DNA from: a virus
Taxonomy: Duplodnaviria; Caudoviricetes
Direction: 5' to 3' (one strand)
Virus record (IMG/VR): IMGVR_UViG_3300044641_004951
Coordinates: 1-63,098 of that record
Length of the DNA stretch: 63,098 bases
Part shown: in pieces, positions 8,323 to 19,376 of the stretch
Position numbering within the stretch: the first letter of the stretch is position 1
How the letters are laid out: each line of letters starts with the position of its first letter
Notes under the pieces: generated by a model
Database searches by the model: none
What the model was told of the DNA's origin: nothing
Seen by the model: only the letters and a program-made list of their open reading frames with translations
Made by a program: the position numbers and the translations under genes

Positions 8323-11300
8323 TTAGCTCCTTTTTAACCCTACCGTATGAGTACCACCAGTACTTATCGCGGTCCAACTGCTGCTACCAATTTGTACTGG
8401 ACTAGATTTAGTTACTGTCGTACCATCACCTAATTTACCGTAAGAGTTACTTCCCCACGTAAATAGTAACTTATCGGATCTAATAGCTGATGTTTGCTGA
8501 AGACCCGCGCTAACGGCAGTCCAACTGCTGCTGCCGATTTGTACTGGGCTTGATTTACCAACAAGTGTTCCATCGCCTAATTGCCCTGACGAACCAGTTC
8601 CCCATGTAAATAATCTACCTACAGAAGTTATACCTGCAGTATGATATCTACCTGCACTTACCGCAGTCCAACTGCTGCTACCAATTTGTACTGGGCTGGA
8701 TTTATCATTTGTTGTATTATCACCTAATTCTCCCGCGTGAGAACCAGAATTTAAACCCCAGGTAAATAATGTACCACCTGATCTGATAGCAGCAGTATGT
8801 GAAGAACCAGCACTTACAGCGGTCCAGCTACTGCTGCCGATCTGTACTGGACTATTTCTACCAGATACCGCGGTACCATCGCCTAATTGACCGGAAGTGC
8901 CTAGACCCCATGCAAATAGGTATCCATCCGATCTAATAGCCATAGTATGAGCTAATCCAGCACTAACTGCCGTCCAACTGCTGCTACCAATTTGTACTGG
9001 ACTGGATCTTGTTATTGAAGAATTGTTACCGACTTGCACCGGGCTAGATTTAGTTGCTACAGTACCATCACCTAACGCACCTTGTGTACCTAGACCCCAT
9101 GTAAATAATGTACCTCCTGATCTAATAGCCGCAGTGTTAAAGCTTCCAGCACTAACTGCCGTCCAACTGCTGCTACCAATTTGTACTGGACTAGATTTAC
9201 CTACCACAGTACCATCACCTAGCTGACCGGAAGTGCCTTGTCCCCAGGTGAATAATGTACCACCTGATCTTATAGCTGAAGTGAGTAAGCGCCCCGCATC
9301 GACTGCCGTCCACGAACTTGAACCTATTTGTATAGGGCTTCGTATAGTAGTTGTTGTGTTATTACCTAACTGACCAGAAGAGTTAGAACCCCAAGTAAAT
9401 AGGTAACCATCCGATCTGATAGCCGCAGTATGTGAACCACCGGCACTTACTGCCGTCCAGCTACTGCCGTTGATTTCAAAAGGGCTATATCGATTAATTG
9501 CAATTGCGTTACTTCCAACTTGCACTGGACTTGATAAGCTAGTTGTAGTAATACTGTCACCTAGTTGACCTATTGCACCATTACCCCAAGTAAATAATGT
9601 ACCTCCTGATCTAATAGCGGTAGTATGACCACTGCCGGCACTAACTGCTGTCCAACTGCTACTTCCAATCTGCACTGGACTAGATTTAGATACTGTCGTA
9701 CCATCACCTAATTGTCCGGTAGCGCCTAAACCCCAGGTAAATAATGTACCACCTGATCTTATAGCTGAAGTATGATATTTACCAGCACTTACTGCTGTCC
9801 AACTGCTGCTACCAATCTGTACAGGGCTGGATCTGTTTGTTATAGTACCATCACCTAATGCACCCGCGCCAGTGCCGGAATTAATCCCAAAGGTAAATAA
9901 TGTACTACCTGATCTAATAGCTGCACTATGAAAACCACCAGCACTAACTACCGTCCAGCTACTGCTACCAATCTGTACAGGGCTGGATCTGTTTGTTGTA
10001 TTACCATCGCCTAATTGACCGGAAGTGCCTAGACCCCATGCAAATAGGTAGCCATCTGATCTTATAGCTAGAGCATGACCACCACCAGCACTCACTGCTG
10101 TCCAACTGCTGCTACCGATTTGTACCGGGCTTGATTTAGATATCGCGGTACCGTCACCTAGTCTACCGTTTGAGCTTAGACCCCAGGTGAATAATGTACC
10201 TCCGGATCTTATAGCGGTATTAAAGTTAAGACCTGCATCTACTGCTGTCCAACTGCTGCTACCAATTTGCACTGGGCTGGATTTAGTTACGCTGGTACCA
10301 TCGCCTAATTGACCGGAAGTGCCTAGACCCCATGCAAATAGGTAGCCATCCGATCTGATAGCCGCTGTGTGAGTAGAACCTGCACTAACTGCCGTCCAAC
10401 TACTACTTCCAATCTGCACTGGAGACCTTCTTAAATTTGTAGTTTCGTCACCTAATTGACCGGCTGTATTATAACCCCAGGTAAATAATAGACCATCTGA
10501 TCTAATAGCTGCTGTATGTGTGTCACCGGCGCTAACAAGAGTCCAACTAAAAATGTTCGTGACTTGACCTAATTGACCATCTAGACCACTACCCCATGTA
10601 AATAATGTACCACCTGATCTAATAGCTGCGGTATGTAAACCACCACCACTAACTACCGTCCAGCTGCTGCTACCAATTTGTACTGGACTAGATTTGGATA
10701 TTGCGGTGTTATCACCTAATTGACCGGAAGAGCCCGAACCCCACGTAAATAAGTAACCATCCAATCTGATAGCTGCATTATGGTAAAGTCCTGCATTAAC
10801 TGCCGTCCAACTGCTGCTACCAATTTGTACTGGACTAGATTTAGATACTATAGTACCATCGCCTAATTGACCGGAAGTGCCACGTCCCCACGTGAATAAT
10901 AAACCATCCGATCTAATAGCTGCTGTATGATCCAATCCGGCACTAACTACCGTCCAGCTACTGCTACCAATTTGTACTGGGCTAGATTTATTAGTTATTG
11001 TACCGTCACCTAGCTGACCATACCCATTAAAACCCCATGCAAATAATATTCCGTCCGATCTAATAGCCGTAGTGTGATTAGCACCAAAACTAACAAGAGT
11101 CCAACTAAGTGAATCTGTAATTTCACCCAACCGACCGTTTGTGCCGTCGCCCCAAGTAAAAAGATAGCCATCTGATCTTATTGCGGCGGTATGGGCACCG
11201 CCAGCATTAACTGCCGTCCAGCTACTGCTACCAATTTGTACTGGGCTAGATTTATTAGTTATTGTACCGTCACCTAGCTGACCGGTATCGTTTCGACCCC

Positions 11301-13788
11301 ATGTGAATAATAAACCATCTGATCTAATAGCTGTAGTATGATTTAATCCGGCAGTAACTAAAGTCCATGAAAATGAACCTACTAGTATAGGGCTTGAAAC
11401 TGTCTGAACATTGTTGCCAACTTGCACTGGACTGGATCTGCTTGTTCCAGTACCATCGCCTAACTGACCAGAAGAGTTAGAACCCCAGGTAAATAACGTA
11501 CCACCTGATCTTATAGCAGTAGTATGACCACCACCGGCACTTACTGCTGTCCAACTACTACTGCCGATTTGAACAGGGCTAACTCTTTGTGAAGTAGTAC
11601 CATCACCTAGTCTACCGGTTGTGCCGGCGCCCCAGGTAAATAATGTACCACCTGATCTAATAGCCGCAGTGTGTAGAGCACCAGCAGTAACTGCCGTCCA
11701 ACTACTGCTACCTATTTGAACGGGACTCGAAAAATCGCCACTACTACTACCATTACCTAGTCTACCGCTTGTGGCTGAACCCCATGTGAATAGGTAACCA
11801 TCTGATCTTATAGCAGCAGTATGTGTAGAACCAGCACTTACAGCGGTCCAGCTACTGCTGCCGATCTGTACGGGGCTGGATTTGTTTATTAAAGTACTAT
11901 CACCTAATTGACCGAAGCCTGAGTGACCCCAGGTAAATAATGTACCACCTGATCTTATAGCCGCAGTGTGTGAACCAGCACCAGCACTTACAGCGGTCCA
12001 GCTACTGCTGCCGATCTGTACGGGGCTGGATTTGGATATTGCGGTGTTATCACCTAATCTACCGTAAGAGTTACCTCCCCATGTAAATAATGTGCCACCT
12101 GATCTAATAGCAGCAGTATGTGAGCCACCGGCACTTACTGCCGTCCAACTACTACCACCTACTTGTACCGGGCTAGATTTGCTACTTTTTATCTCATTAT
12201 TTCCTACTTGCACTGGACTACTGGTAGTAGTTGCGTTATCATTGCCTAATTGACCAGAAGTACCTAGACCCCACGTAAAAAGTAACCCGTCCGATTTAAT
12301 AGCAGTAGTATTATTATAACCCGCAGAAACCATTGTCCAACTACTGCTACCTATCTGAACTGGACTAGATCGAGCGGTAACACTAGTATCATCTCCTACT
12401 TGACCAGATGCGTTTGAACCCCAGACGAATAATGTACCTCCGGATCTAATAGCCGCTGTACCGCGCCGACCGGCAGTCACTGCTACCCACGAACTAGAAC
12501 CAATTTGCACCGGGCTTGAATTAGTTGATATAGTTCCATCACCTAATTGACCAAAATCAGCGTTGCCCCATGTAAACAGAGTTCCTCCAGACCTTATAGC
12601 CGCTGTGTGTGAGCCTCCTGCAGCGACTGCTGTCCAGCTACTACTTCCAATTTGCACCGGGCTCGATCTAGATGTTAAAGTACTATCACCTAACTGCCCT
12701 GCTAAGTTTCCACCCCACGTAAATAATGTACCTTCGGATCTTATAGCCGCTGTGTGTGTAATACCGGCACTAACAGCAGTCCAAGAACTAGAGCCAATTT
12801 GTACCGGGCTGTTTCTAGTAGTAGTAGTACCGTCTCCGACTCTCCCATAACTATTAAGTCCCCACATGAACAGTCGACCGTCCGATCTAATAGCACCAGC
12901 ATGTAAAGTACCTGCAGCGACAGCAGTCCAGGAACTGGAACCAATTTGCACAGGGCTTGATTTTGTGACCGATGTACCGTCACCCAGTTGAGATGAAGTT
13001 CCGATACCCCATGTAAATAATAGTCCATCTGTTCTAATAGCTGCACTAAAGTCAACCCCAGCACTCACAGCAGTCCAAGAACTAGAGCCTATTTGCACCG
13101 GGCTTGATTTACTTACTATAGTTCCATCACCTAATTGACCGGAAGTGCCTAGACCCCATGTGAATAATAAACCATCCGAACGTATTGCAGCGGTATGAGA
13201 AGCACCCATGCTGACAAGAGTCCAACTATATGATTCAGAAATATGACCTAATTGACCGAAAGTGCCGGAGCCCCAGGTAAATAATGTACCACCTGATCTA
13301 ATAGCAGCAGTGTGAGATAAGCCAGCACTTACAGCGGTCCAACTGCTGCTACCAATTTGTACTGGACTAGATTTAGATACTATAGTACCATCGCCTAATT
13401 CACCATTTAGACCTCTACCCCATGTAAATAATAGACCATCTGATCTAATAGCTGCTGTATGTGCGTCAGCGGCGCTAACAAGAGTCCAACTATAAGTATC
13501 TGTTAATTGTCCAAGTTGACCGACGGAGCCGGATCCCCAAGCATAAAGTTGAAGTGTTGTTGGACCTACCGTGCCTACAGCAGCAAACATAGTACCAATA
13601 TCTACAGAACCAGATTGTAAGTTAGTAGTGCCAAAAGCAGTCCCACCATTACTCACACTGTAGTAATAGTTAGAAATATCTGTACCACCGACGGTATAAT
13701 TTACGTCGGCTCTTTTTGATGAAGAGCCGATAGGTTCAAATAACGAATCTAAATCAGAACCACTTACTCTAAAGCTGGTAGTAGGCAT
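8323..13788 (-). CDS. Giant RCC1/BLIP-II repeat beta-propeller protein (35 blades), putative fibre-associated adhesin
   Basis: ~49-aa repeats WTAVSAGxxHTAAIRSxGxLFTWGxxxxGQLGDxTxxxxSSPVQIGSSS; lies just downstream of a fibre gene. Confidence 0.88.
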   Translation of the reverse strand: MPTTSFRVSGSDLDSLFEPIGSSSKRADVNYTVGGTDISNYYYSVSNGGTAFGTTNLQSGSVDIGTMFAAVGTVGPTTLQLYAWGSGSVGQLGQLTDTYSWTLVSAADAHTAAIRSDGLLFTWGRGLNGELGDGTIVSKSSPVQIGSSSWTAVSAGLSHTAAIRSGGTLFTWGSGTFGQLGHISESYSWTLVSMGASHTAAIRSDGLLFTWGLGTSGQLGDGTIVSKSSPVQIGSSSWTAVSAGVDFSAAIRTDGLLFTWGIGTSSQLGDGTSVTKSSPVQIGSSSWTAVAAGTLHAGAIRSDGRLFMWGLNSYGRVGDGTTTTRNSPVQIGSSSWTAVSAGITHTAAIRSEGTLFTWGGNLAGQLGDSTLTSRSSPVQIGSSSWTAVAAGGSHTAAIRSGGTLFTWGNADFGQLGDGTISTNSSPVQIGSSSWVAVTAGRRGTAAIRSGGTLFVWGSNASGQVGDDTSVTARSSPVQIGSSSWTMVSAGYNNTTAIKSDGLLFTWGLGTSGQLGNDNATTTSSPVQVGNNEIKSSKSSPVQVGGSSWTAVSAGGSHTAAIRSGGTLFTWGGNSYGRLGDNTAISKSSPVQIGSSSWTAVSAGAGSHTAAIRSGGTLFTWGHSGFGQLGDSTLINKSSPVQIGSSSWTAVSAGSTHTAAIRSDGYLFTWGSATSGRLGNGSSSGDFSSPVQIGSSSWTAVTAGALHTAAIRSGGTLFTWGAGTTGRLGDGTTSQRVSPVQIGSSSWTAVSAGGGHTTAIRSGGTLFTWGSNSSGQLGDGTGTSRSSPVQVGNNVQTVSSPILVGSFSWTLVTAGLNHTTAIRSDGLLFTWGRNDTGQLGDGTITNKSSPVQIGSSSWTAVNAGGAHTAAIRSDGYLFTWGDGTNGRLGEITDSLSWTLVSFGANHTTAIRSDGILFAWGFNGYGQLGDGTITNKSSPVQIGSSSWTVVSAGLDHTAAIRSDGLLFTWGRGTSGQLGDGTIVSKSSPVQIGSSSWTAVNAGLYHNAAIRLDGYLFTWGSGSSGQLGDNTAISKSSPVQIGSSSWTVVSGGGLHTAAIRSGGTLFTWGSGLDGQLGQVTNIFSWTLVSAGDTHTAAIRSDGLLFTWGYNTAGQLGDETTNLRRSPVQIGSSSWTAVSAGSTHTAAIRSDGYLFAWGLGTSGQLGDGTSVTKSSPVQIGSSSWTAVDAGLNFNTAIRSGGTLFTWGLSSNGRLGDGTAISKSSPVQIGSSSWTAVSAGGGHALAIRSDGYLFAWGLGTSGQLGDGNTTNRSSPVQIGSSSWTVVSAGGFHSAAIRSGSTLFTFGINSGTGAGALGDGTITNRSSPVQIGSSSWTAVSAGKYHTSAIRSGGTLFTWGLGATGQLGDGTTVSKSSPVQIGSSSWTAVSAGSGHTTAIRSGGTLFTWGNGAIGQLGDSITTTSLSSPVQVGSNAIAINRYSPFEINGSSWTAVSAGGSHTAAIRSDGYLFTWGSNSSGQLGNNTTTTIRSPIQIGSSSWTAVDAGRLLTSAIRSGGTLFTWGQGTSGQLGDGTVVGKSSPVQIGSSSWTAVSAGSFNTAAIRSGGTLFTWGLGTQGALGDGTVATKSSPVQVGNNSSITRSSPVQIGSSSWTAVSAGLAHTMAIRSDGYLFAWGLGTSGQLGDGTAVSGRNSPVQIGSSSWTAVSAGSSHTAAIRSGGTLFTWGLNSGSHAGELGDNTTNDKSSPVQIGSSSWTAVSAGRYHTAGITSVGRLFTWGTGSSGQLGDGTLVGKSSPVQIGSSSWTAVSAGLQQTSAIRSDKLLFTWGSNSYGKLGDGTTVTKSSPVQIGSSSWTAISTGGTHTVGLKRS
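8330..13550 (-). repeat. Coding tandem repeat, ~147-nt unit, 34 full units plus two half units
   Basis: Recurrent ccaactgctgctaccaatttgtactgg-type blocks on the + strand at ~147-nt spacing. Confidence 0.9.
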
Positions 13789-13797
13789 TCGTAATTT

Positions 13798-14097
13798 TTA
13801 TTCTTGAGGTGTTTCGTCTACAATATTTTCTGGTGGTGATTGAGGTATGGGTAGTATATCTCTACGCTCATATACTTCACCATCTACCACAGAGTGAAAT
13901 AGATAGTCAGACATTTTATGCGTCGTTGCATCAAATGGTGTTGTATCTCTAACAATCTTTACAAATCCATTTTCACGCATAAAGACAGGATCTACAGCAC
14001 ACTTAAGATGAAAGTTATCGTGTTCATTCCATGTCTTAGGTAGTAGATCATATACTCCTTTTATTTCACCATCTACTAAATTTGCATAAACTGTCAT
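13798..14097 (-). CDS. Small hypothetical protein, possible fibre assembly factor
   Basis: 99-aa ORF coupled (ATGA overlap) to the fibre gene and directly before the RCC1 gene; function inferred from position only. Confidence 0.5.
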   Translation of the reverse strand: MTVYANLVDGEIKGVYDLLPKTWNEHDNFHLKCAVDPVFMRENGFVKIVRDTTPFDATTHKMSDYLFHSVVDGEVYERRDILPIPQSPPENIVDETPQE

Positions 14098-17000
14098 TTA
14101 TTACCTCCTAATATACTTTTCAGTTCGTCTATTTGTTTTTGTTGTTCTTTAATCGATTCAATTAATAGAGCAATAATGCTGTCATAAGAGACAGATTTAA
14201 TTCCCTTTTCATTTGTATCAACTACTTCAGGAACTATTTTCTCAACTTCTTGAGCAATAATACCAATTGCTGGTCTCTTATTGTCAATCCAGTTGAAAGA
14301 AACACCTCTCATTAACATAATCTTTTCTAGTGAATTGATGAGAGTGTTTATATTCTCTTTTTTATTTATATCGGATAATGTATTAAAGATAGTCGCGTTT
14401 AATGTTCCAGTGCTTGGATTAAAATAAAATTTTGTAGAAGATGCTTCTGCAGTTTGAGCAGTACCAATCGCTGCAACAAAGACTGGATAGTGAGTTGCAT
14501 TAGTTGTAGATTCTTCTGCAGCATTAATAGAAGTTGATGGGCCTGCGGGACCTTGAGGGCCTTGTGCACCTGTTCCCGTCACACCTTGCGGACCTTGAGG
14601 GCCTTGTGCACCTGTTCCCGTCACACCTTGAAATCCTTGAGGGCCTTGTGCACCTGTACCGGTCACACCTTGAAATCCTTGAGGGCCTTGTGCACCTGTA
14701 CCGGTCACACCTTGAGGGCCTTGTGTGCCAGTAGTGCCTTGTGGGCCTTGTGAGCCAGTAGTCCCTACAGTACCTTGAGGACCCTGCGCACCTGTGGTGC
14801 CAACGGTGCCTTGTGGGCCCTGAGCACCTGTTGATCCAATTTCACCTTGAGGTCCTTGGGCACCTGTAGAACCTGTAGATCCTTGAGGGCCTTGGGCACC
14901 AGTTGTGCCTGTGGCTCCTTGTGGGCCTTGTGCGCCAGTAGAGCCTGTTGTTCCTTGTGGGCCTTGAGCGCCTGTTGTTCCTTGTGGGCCTTGAGCGCCT
15001 GTTGGACCCTGAGGTCCCTGAGTACCTGTTGGGCCCTGAGGTCCTTGTGAGCCTTGAGTTCCTGTAGGACCTTGCGGGCCTTGTGCGCCTGTCGGGCCTT
15101 GCGGGCCTTGAGATCCTGTAGTACCTTGCGCGCCTGTAGGACCCTGTGGGCCTTGTGCACCTGTTATGCCAGTAGCTCCTTGTGGACCTTGTGCACCTGT
15201 AGTACCGGTAGCTCCTTGCGGGCCTTGTGCGCCTGTTGTTCCTATAGTACCTTGTGGACCTTGAGATCCTGTTGTACCTTGAGGGCCTTGGGCACCAGTA
15301 CTACCTGTAGATCCTTGAGGGCCTTGAGCTCCAGTGGATCCTGTTGTACCTTGAGGGCCCTGGGCACCTGTACTACCTGTTGTACCCTGTGGACCTTGAG
15401 CTCCAGTGGATCCTGTTGTACCTTGAGGGCCCTGGGCGCCAGTACTACCTGTAGATCCTTGAGGGCCTTGTGTTCCTATAGTACCTTGCGGACCTTGAGC
15501 TCCGTCTATACCCTGAGGACCTTGAGAGCCTATAGTACCCTGAGGACCTTGAGAGCCTATAGTACCCTGAGGACCTTGAGGGCCGGTAGGTCCAGTATCT
15601 CCAGATCTTGCAAATGTAACTGATAATGGAGTACTATTTGCAAAATTATTACTGCCAGAAAGATAAGATACTGGTACAGAGAAGTAATGAGTTAAATGAG
15701 TATGACTTCCTACAATAGCAAATACTGCAAAGTTGTTGTTGTTTGCATTTTCTGTAATGACGAAATGCCCCTTGATAGATGCAGTCGAATCGTCAATTGT
15801 CTGTAAATAACTATAAATGTTAGCGCTAGGAGACGATCCGTCACTCTGATCAATGTAAAGATTAGCAGCAAGCTTAATATCAGCTGTGCTAAATCTTAAA
15901 ATTCCATCACCGGGTTCGCTGTTAGTAGTATCTGAACTATAGGTATAGGTAAAGTTAGCGCCACCAAAGCTACCCTGTGATCCTTGTGGACCCTGTGAAC
16001 CGGTTGTACCTGTAGTGCCTTGTGGGCCCTGTGAACCCGTTATACCCTGAGGTCCCTGAGCACCTATTGTACCTTGCGGTCCTTGAAAGCCAGTCGTGCC
16101 TTGAGGACCTTGAGCACCTGTAGACCCTGTTGTACCTTGTGATCCTTGTGTTCCAGTAGTACCTACTATACCTTGAGGTCCCTGGGCACCGGTACTGCCT
16201 GTAGCGCCTTGTGGTCCCTGAGCACCTGTAGACCCTGTTGTACCTTGTGGGCCTTGTGCTCCATTGTCACCTTGAGGTCCTTGTGAGCCAGCTGTACCGG
16301 TGGTACCTTGAGGACCTTGGGCACCTGTAGATCCATCGTTACCTTGAACGCCTTGTGGTCCTTGAACCCCGGTTGTTCCTTGAGGACCCTGTAAGCCTGT
16401 TGATCCTGTAACTCCCTGAGGACCTTGAGAACCGGTAGTTCCTTGAGGGCCCTGTGCTCCTACCGTACCTTGAGGTCCTTGACTACCGGTAGATCCAACT
16501 ACTCCCTGTTGACCCTGCGCACCTGCTTCACCTTGCGAACCAGTGGCTCCTTGTGCTCCAGTTGTACCTGTTGTACCTTGAGGGCCTTGAGTGCCGGTAG
16601 TACCGGTTGTTCCTTGAGGACCCTGTGAACCTGTAGCTCCAGCCGTTCCTTGAGAGCCTTGTGCACCAGTGTCACCTTTAGGTCCCTGTGATCCTTGTGC
16701 GCCTGCGGTACCAGTTGTTCCTTGAGGTCCCTGGGCTCCTGTCGGACCGGTAGATCCTTGAGTGCCTTGTGCACCCGTTGATCCATTTGTACCCTGAGGT
16801 CCTTGCGCACCTGTGGATCCAGTAGTACCTTGAGGGCCTTGTGATCCTGCGTTTCCTTGAGGTCCTTGGGAGCCATCAGCTCCAGTAGTTCCTTGTGATC
16901 CTTGAGATCCTGCTGGACCTTGTGCTCCTTGAGCACCAGTAGTACCCGTTGCACCTTGATTGCCTTGGGAGCCCTGTGCTCCTGTTGTACCGGTAGATCC

Positions 17001-18086
17001 CTGCGGTCCATCTATACCGGTACTACCTTGAAAACCTTGCGGGCCAGCAGGTCCGTTATTACCTATAGTACCTTGAAATCCTTGAACTCCTGTTGATCCT
17101 TGCGGCCCTTGAGGACCAGCTGGACCAATATCTCCAGTTCTAGCAAAAGTAACTACAATTGACGTATTGTCTGTGAAGTTATTGCTTCCGGATAGATAAG
17201 ATATTGGGACTGAAAAGTAATGAGTATTATGAGTATGGTAGCCAGTAATAGCAAAAATAGCAAAATTATCATTATTTGCCAACTCAGTAATAACAAAATG
17301 ACCTTTGATAGCCGCTGAAGAATCATCAATGGTTTGAAGGTAGCTATAAATGTTAGCACTAGGTGCCGACCCATCCGCCTGATCGATGTATAGATTGGCG
17401 GCAAGCTTGATATCCGCTGTACTGAATCTTAAGTATCCGTCTCCTGGCTCACTGTTTGTAGTATCAGTATCATAGATATAGTTAAAGCTAGCTCCACCAA
17501 ATCCACCTTGCGAACCTTGAGCACCAATGTCACCTTGGTACCCTTGCGAGCCTTGAATGCCTATCTCACCTTGAGGACCTTGAGGTCCAGTGTCACCCTG
17601 GTACCCTTGCGAGCCTTGTGAGCCTTGAGTTCCAGTAGTTCCTGTTATACCTTGAGGTCCTTGGGCACCTGTGGATCCGGTTGCACCTTGCGCGCCTTGT
17701 GACCCTGTTGTACCTGTAGAACCTTGGGGGCCCTGAGCACCTGTAGAACCTGTAGTACCTTGCGGGCCTTGTGCGCCTGTTTGTCCTTGTGAACCCTGTG
17801 CACCAGTAGTTCCTACTGTACCTTGAGGCCCTTGATTGCCTGATGGACCAGTAATACCTTGTGAGCCTTGAGCACCTATAGGGCCTGTAGAGCCTGTTAG
17901 ACCTTGAGCACCTGTAGGACCCTGGGAGCCAACTGCGGTAATGCTGAAGACGTTATTACTAGTATCCTTAGAGTATAGTACCCTATCGCTAAGGTTAATG
18001 GCTAATTCACCGGGCTGCAAAACGTTGTTTGCGGGAATTTGCCCAGGTACAACAGATCTCTTAAGTTGTATTGTAGTATTAGCCAT
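14094..18086 (-). CDS. Collagen-like tail fibre with C-terminal intramolecular chaperone (peptidase S74-like)
   Basis: N-terminal IQLKRS...[16 protein letters not shown] fibre attachment motif; long Gly-X-Y tracts; C-terminal SDINKKENI...[12 protein letters not shown]...[14 protein letters not shown]. Confidence 0.88.
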   Translation of the reverse strand: MANTTIQLKRSVVPGQIPANNVLQPGELAINLSDRVLYSKDTSNNVFSITAVGSQGPTGAQGLTGSTGPIGAQGSQGITGPSGNQGPQGTVGTTGAQGSQGQTGAQGPQGTTGSTGAQGPQGSTGTTGSQGAQGATGSTGAQGPQGITGTTGTQGSQGSQGYQGDTGPQGPQGEIGIQGSQGYQGDIGAQGSQGGFGGASFNYIYDTDTTNSEPGDGYLRFSTADIKLAANLYIDQADGSAPSANIYSYLQTIDDSSAAIKGHFVITELANNDNFAIFAITGYHTHNTHYFSVPISYLSGSNNFTDNTSIVVTFARTGDIGPAGPQGPQGSTGVQGFQGTIGNNGPAGPQGFQGSTGIDGPQGSTGTTGAQGSQGNQGATGTTGAQGAQGPAGSQGSQGTTGADGSQGPQGNAGSQGPQGTTGSTGAQGPQGTNGSTGAQGTQGSTGPTGAQGPQGTTGTAGAQGSQGPKGDTGAQGSQGTAGATGSQGPQGTTGTTGTQGPQGTTGTTGAQGATGSQGEAGAQGQQGVVGSTGSQGPQGTVGAQGPQGTTGSQGPQGVTGSTGLQGPQGTTGVQGPQGVQGNDGSTGAQGPQGTTGTAGSQGPQGDNGAQGPQGTTGSTGAQGPQGATGSTGAQGPQGIVGTTGTQGSQGTTGSTGAQGPQGTTGFQGPQGTIGAQGPQGITGSQGPQGTTGTTGSQGPQGSQGSFGGANFTYTYSSDTTNSEPGDGILRFSTADIKLAANLYIDQSDGSSPSANIYSYLQTIDDSTASIKGHFVITENANNNNFAVFAIVGSHTHLTHYFSVPVSYLSGSNNFANSTPLSVTFARSGDTGPTGPQGPQGTIGSQGPQGTIGSQGPQGIDGAQGPQGTIGTQGPQGSTGSTGAQGPQGTTGSTGAQGPQGTTGSTGAQGPQGTTGSTGAQGPQGSTGSTGAQGPQGTTGSQGPQGTIGTTGAQGPQGATGTTGAQGPQGATGITGAQGPQGPTGAQGTTGSQGPQGPTGAQGPQGPTGTQGSQGPQGPTGTQGPQGPTGAQGPQGTTGAQGPQGTTGSTGAQGPQGATGTTGAQGPQGSTGSTGAQGPQGEIGSTGAQGPQGTVGTTGAQGPQGTVGTTGSQGPQGTTGTQGPQGVTGTGAQGPQGFQGVTGTGAQGPQGFQGVTGTGAQGPQGPQGVTGTGAQGPQGPAGPSTSINAAEESTTNATHYPVFVAAIGTAQTAEASSTKFYFNPSTGTLNATIFNTLSDINKKENINTLINSLEKIMLMRGVSFNWIDNKRPAIGIIAQEVEKIVPEVVDTNEKGIKSVSYDSIIALLIESIKEQQKQIDELKSILGGNK

Positions 18087-18127
18087 CTAGGTTCCTATAT
18101 AGGTGATCGGTCATATGTATGACCGTC

Positions 18128-18135
18128 TATTTATA
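18128..18135 (-). promoter_or_regulatory. T4-type late promoter upstream of the collagen-like fibre
   Basis: Exact TATAAATA on the minus strand. Confidence 0.75.
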
Positions 18136-18702
18136 TCACCGGAACTTAGGACCGTCTATCCAAGAAACTAGACTATATCTCGTGCCACTTGTTACTGGTG
18201 TAACTCTATGTTCAAAGAATGACGGGAATACTAAGATAGATCCCTGTTGTCTGAATAAAGCAAGCTCGGAAGGATCGTGAGGCATTCTAAATTCAAAATT
18301 ACCACCGGTATACGTATTTGGGTCATTAAGCTGAATAACTACGCTTAATTTTCTGTCATGGTGTCTTTTGTTTTCCCAGAACACGTCATGGTGCCAGTCA
18401 TACTTACCTGAATTCGTACCGTAATATTCAGTAAATTGAAGCTCATGGGCGCCGAATGAAATATCAAATCCAAAATACTCACGATTTGCAAATATTGCAT
18501 GACTCATGATTAAGTCAGATATGTCTTTATTTTCAGGTTCGTAGAACCAGCGTATTGTACTTATCCGATAGCTGCTATCCACTCTATCTTCCGTAAAGCC
18601 AATAGATGCATTTTGAGCTGGAAGACTTACCCCGCGGCGTACAATATCACTACACTTCTCTACACTCACAGCTCTTGGATACACATGATAAAGTTTTAAC
18701 AT
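18136..18702 (-). CDS. 2OG-Fe(II) oxygenase (PKHD/prolyl-hydroxylase-like)
   Basis: YDWHHD (HxD), RKLSVVIQL, FPSFFEHRVTPVTSGTRYSLVSW. Confidence 0.88.
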   Translation of the reverse strand: MLKLYHVYPRAVSVEKCSDIVRRGVSLPAQNASIGFTEDRVDSSYRISTIRWFYEPENKDISDLIMSHAIFANREYFGFDISFGAHELQFTEYYGTNSGKYDWHHDVFWENKRHHDRKLSVVIQLNDPNTYTGGNFEFRMPHDPSELALFRQQGSILVFPSFFEHRVTPVTSGTRYSLVSWIDGPKFR

Positions 18703-18772
18703 AATCTACATTAGTAATAGTTGAAGGAGACTCACTACTCTATATAATCAGCTTGTCTGGAAGAGGATAACA

Positions 18773-19015
18773 TCAGTACGTACCGCCATCTATACTAGTA
18801 ATCTGATTGGTATCGAGCTGCTTTAATTCGTATCTACCGGTGACAGAATTATATACTAATGTAGTATTGTTCGCTTTAGTAGTCGTATCTACATCGGTAA
18901 GCTTATCTATAGCGTTGTAGTCAGCTCTTGTATCTCTAAGATTAATAGGCTTATTAGACGAAAAGGTTCCATCTGTATTTAAAGTAACGCGTATGTTCTG
19001 TCCTAAAATAGTCAT
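18773..19015 (-). CDS. Hypothetical virion-associated protein
   Basis: 80 aa; LTDVD...TLVYN and terminal IDGGTY motifs, common in fibre-region proteins of T4-like phages. Confidence 0.55.
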   Translation of the reverse strand: MTILGQNIRVTLNTDGTFSSNKPINLRDTRADYNAIDKLTDVDTTTKANNTTLVYNSVTGRYELKQLDTNQITSIDGGTY

Positions 19016-19016
19016 T

Positions 19017-19346
19017 TTATCTAGTGATGTTAGGATTAACTGTTGCTATACCTTCAAGTACCCTTGATACTAGTCCGGATGTATTGGTAAGTTCTACATC
19101 ATACAAGTAACGACCACCGGCTATATTAGCTGTAGCATTTGCAGTCATCGATAATGTAATCGTACCTGATGTATTTCCAACATTAACAGTAAAGTTATAT
19201 GCCGTGCTTGATGAGTATGACTTTCTCATTTGTCCGGCACCGGTATAATTCGTTAGATCCACAACATCGCCATTATTATCTGTAATAGTTACAGTAGTGC
19301 TAAATGTGGATCCTTGATCGATGTAAATATTAGCTTTAGTGGCCAT
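19017..19346 (-). CDS. Conserved small virion protein (beta-sandwich-like)
   Basis: ANIYIDQGSTFS...DLTNYT..QMRKSY...GRYLYDVEL...RVLEG pattern typical of large T4-like phages. Confidence 0.65.
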   Translation of the reverse strand: MATKANIYIDQGSTFSTTVTITDNNGDVVDLTNYTGAGQMRKSYSSSTAYNFTVNVGNTSGTITLSMTANATANIAGGRYLYDVELTNTSGLVSRVLEGIATVNPNITR

Positions 19347-19376
19347 CTTACTGACTTATAGTTATTTTTATATTTA

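Noticed and set aside
8323-13788. RCC1 DNA repeats as a CRISPR array or a DGR template/variable pair
   Set aside because: The repeats are in-frame coding units with synonymous variation. There are no identical repeats with unique spacers, no cas or reverse transcriptase gene in the window, and no adenine-specific mismatch pair was seen.
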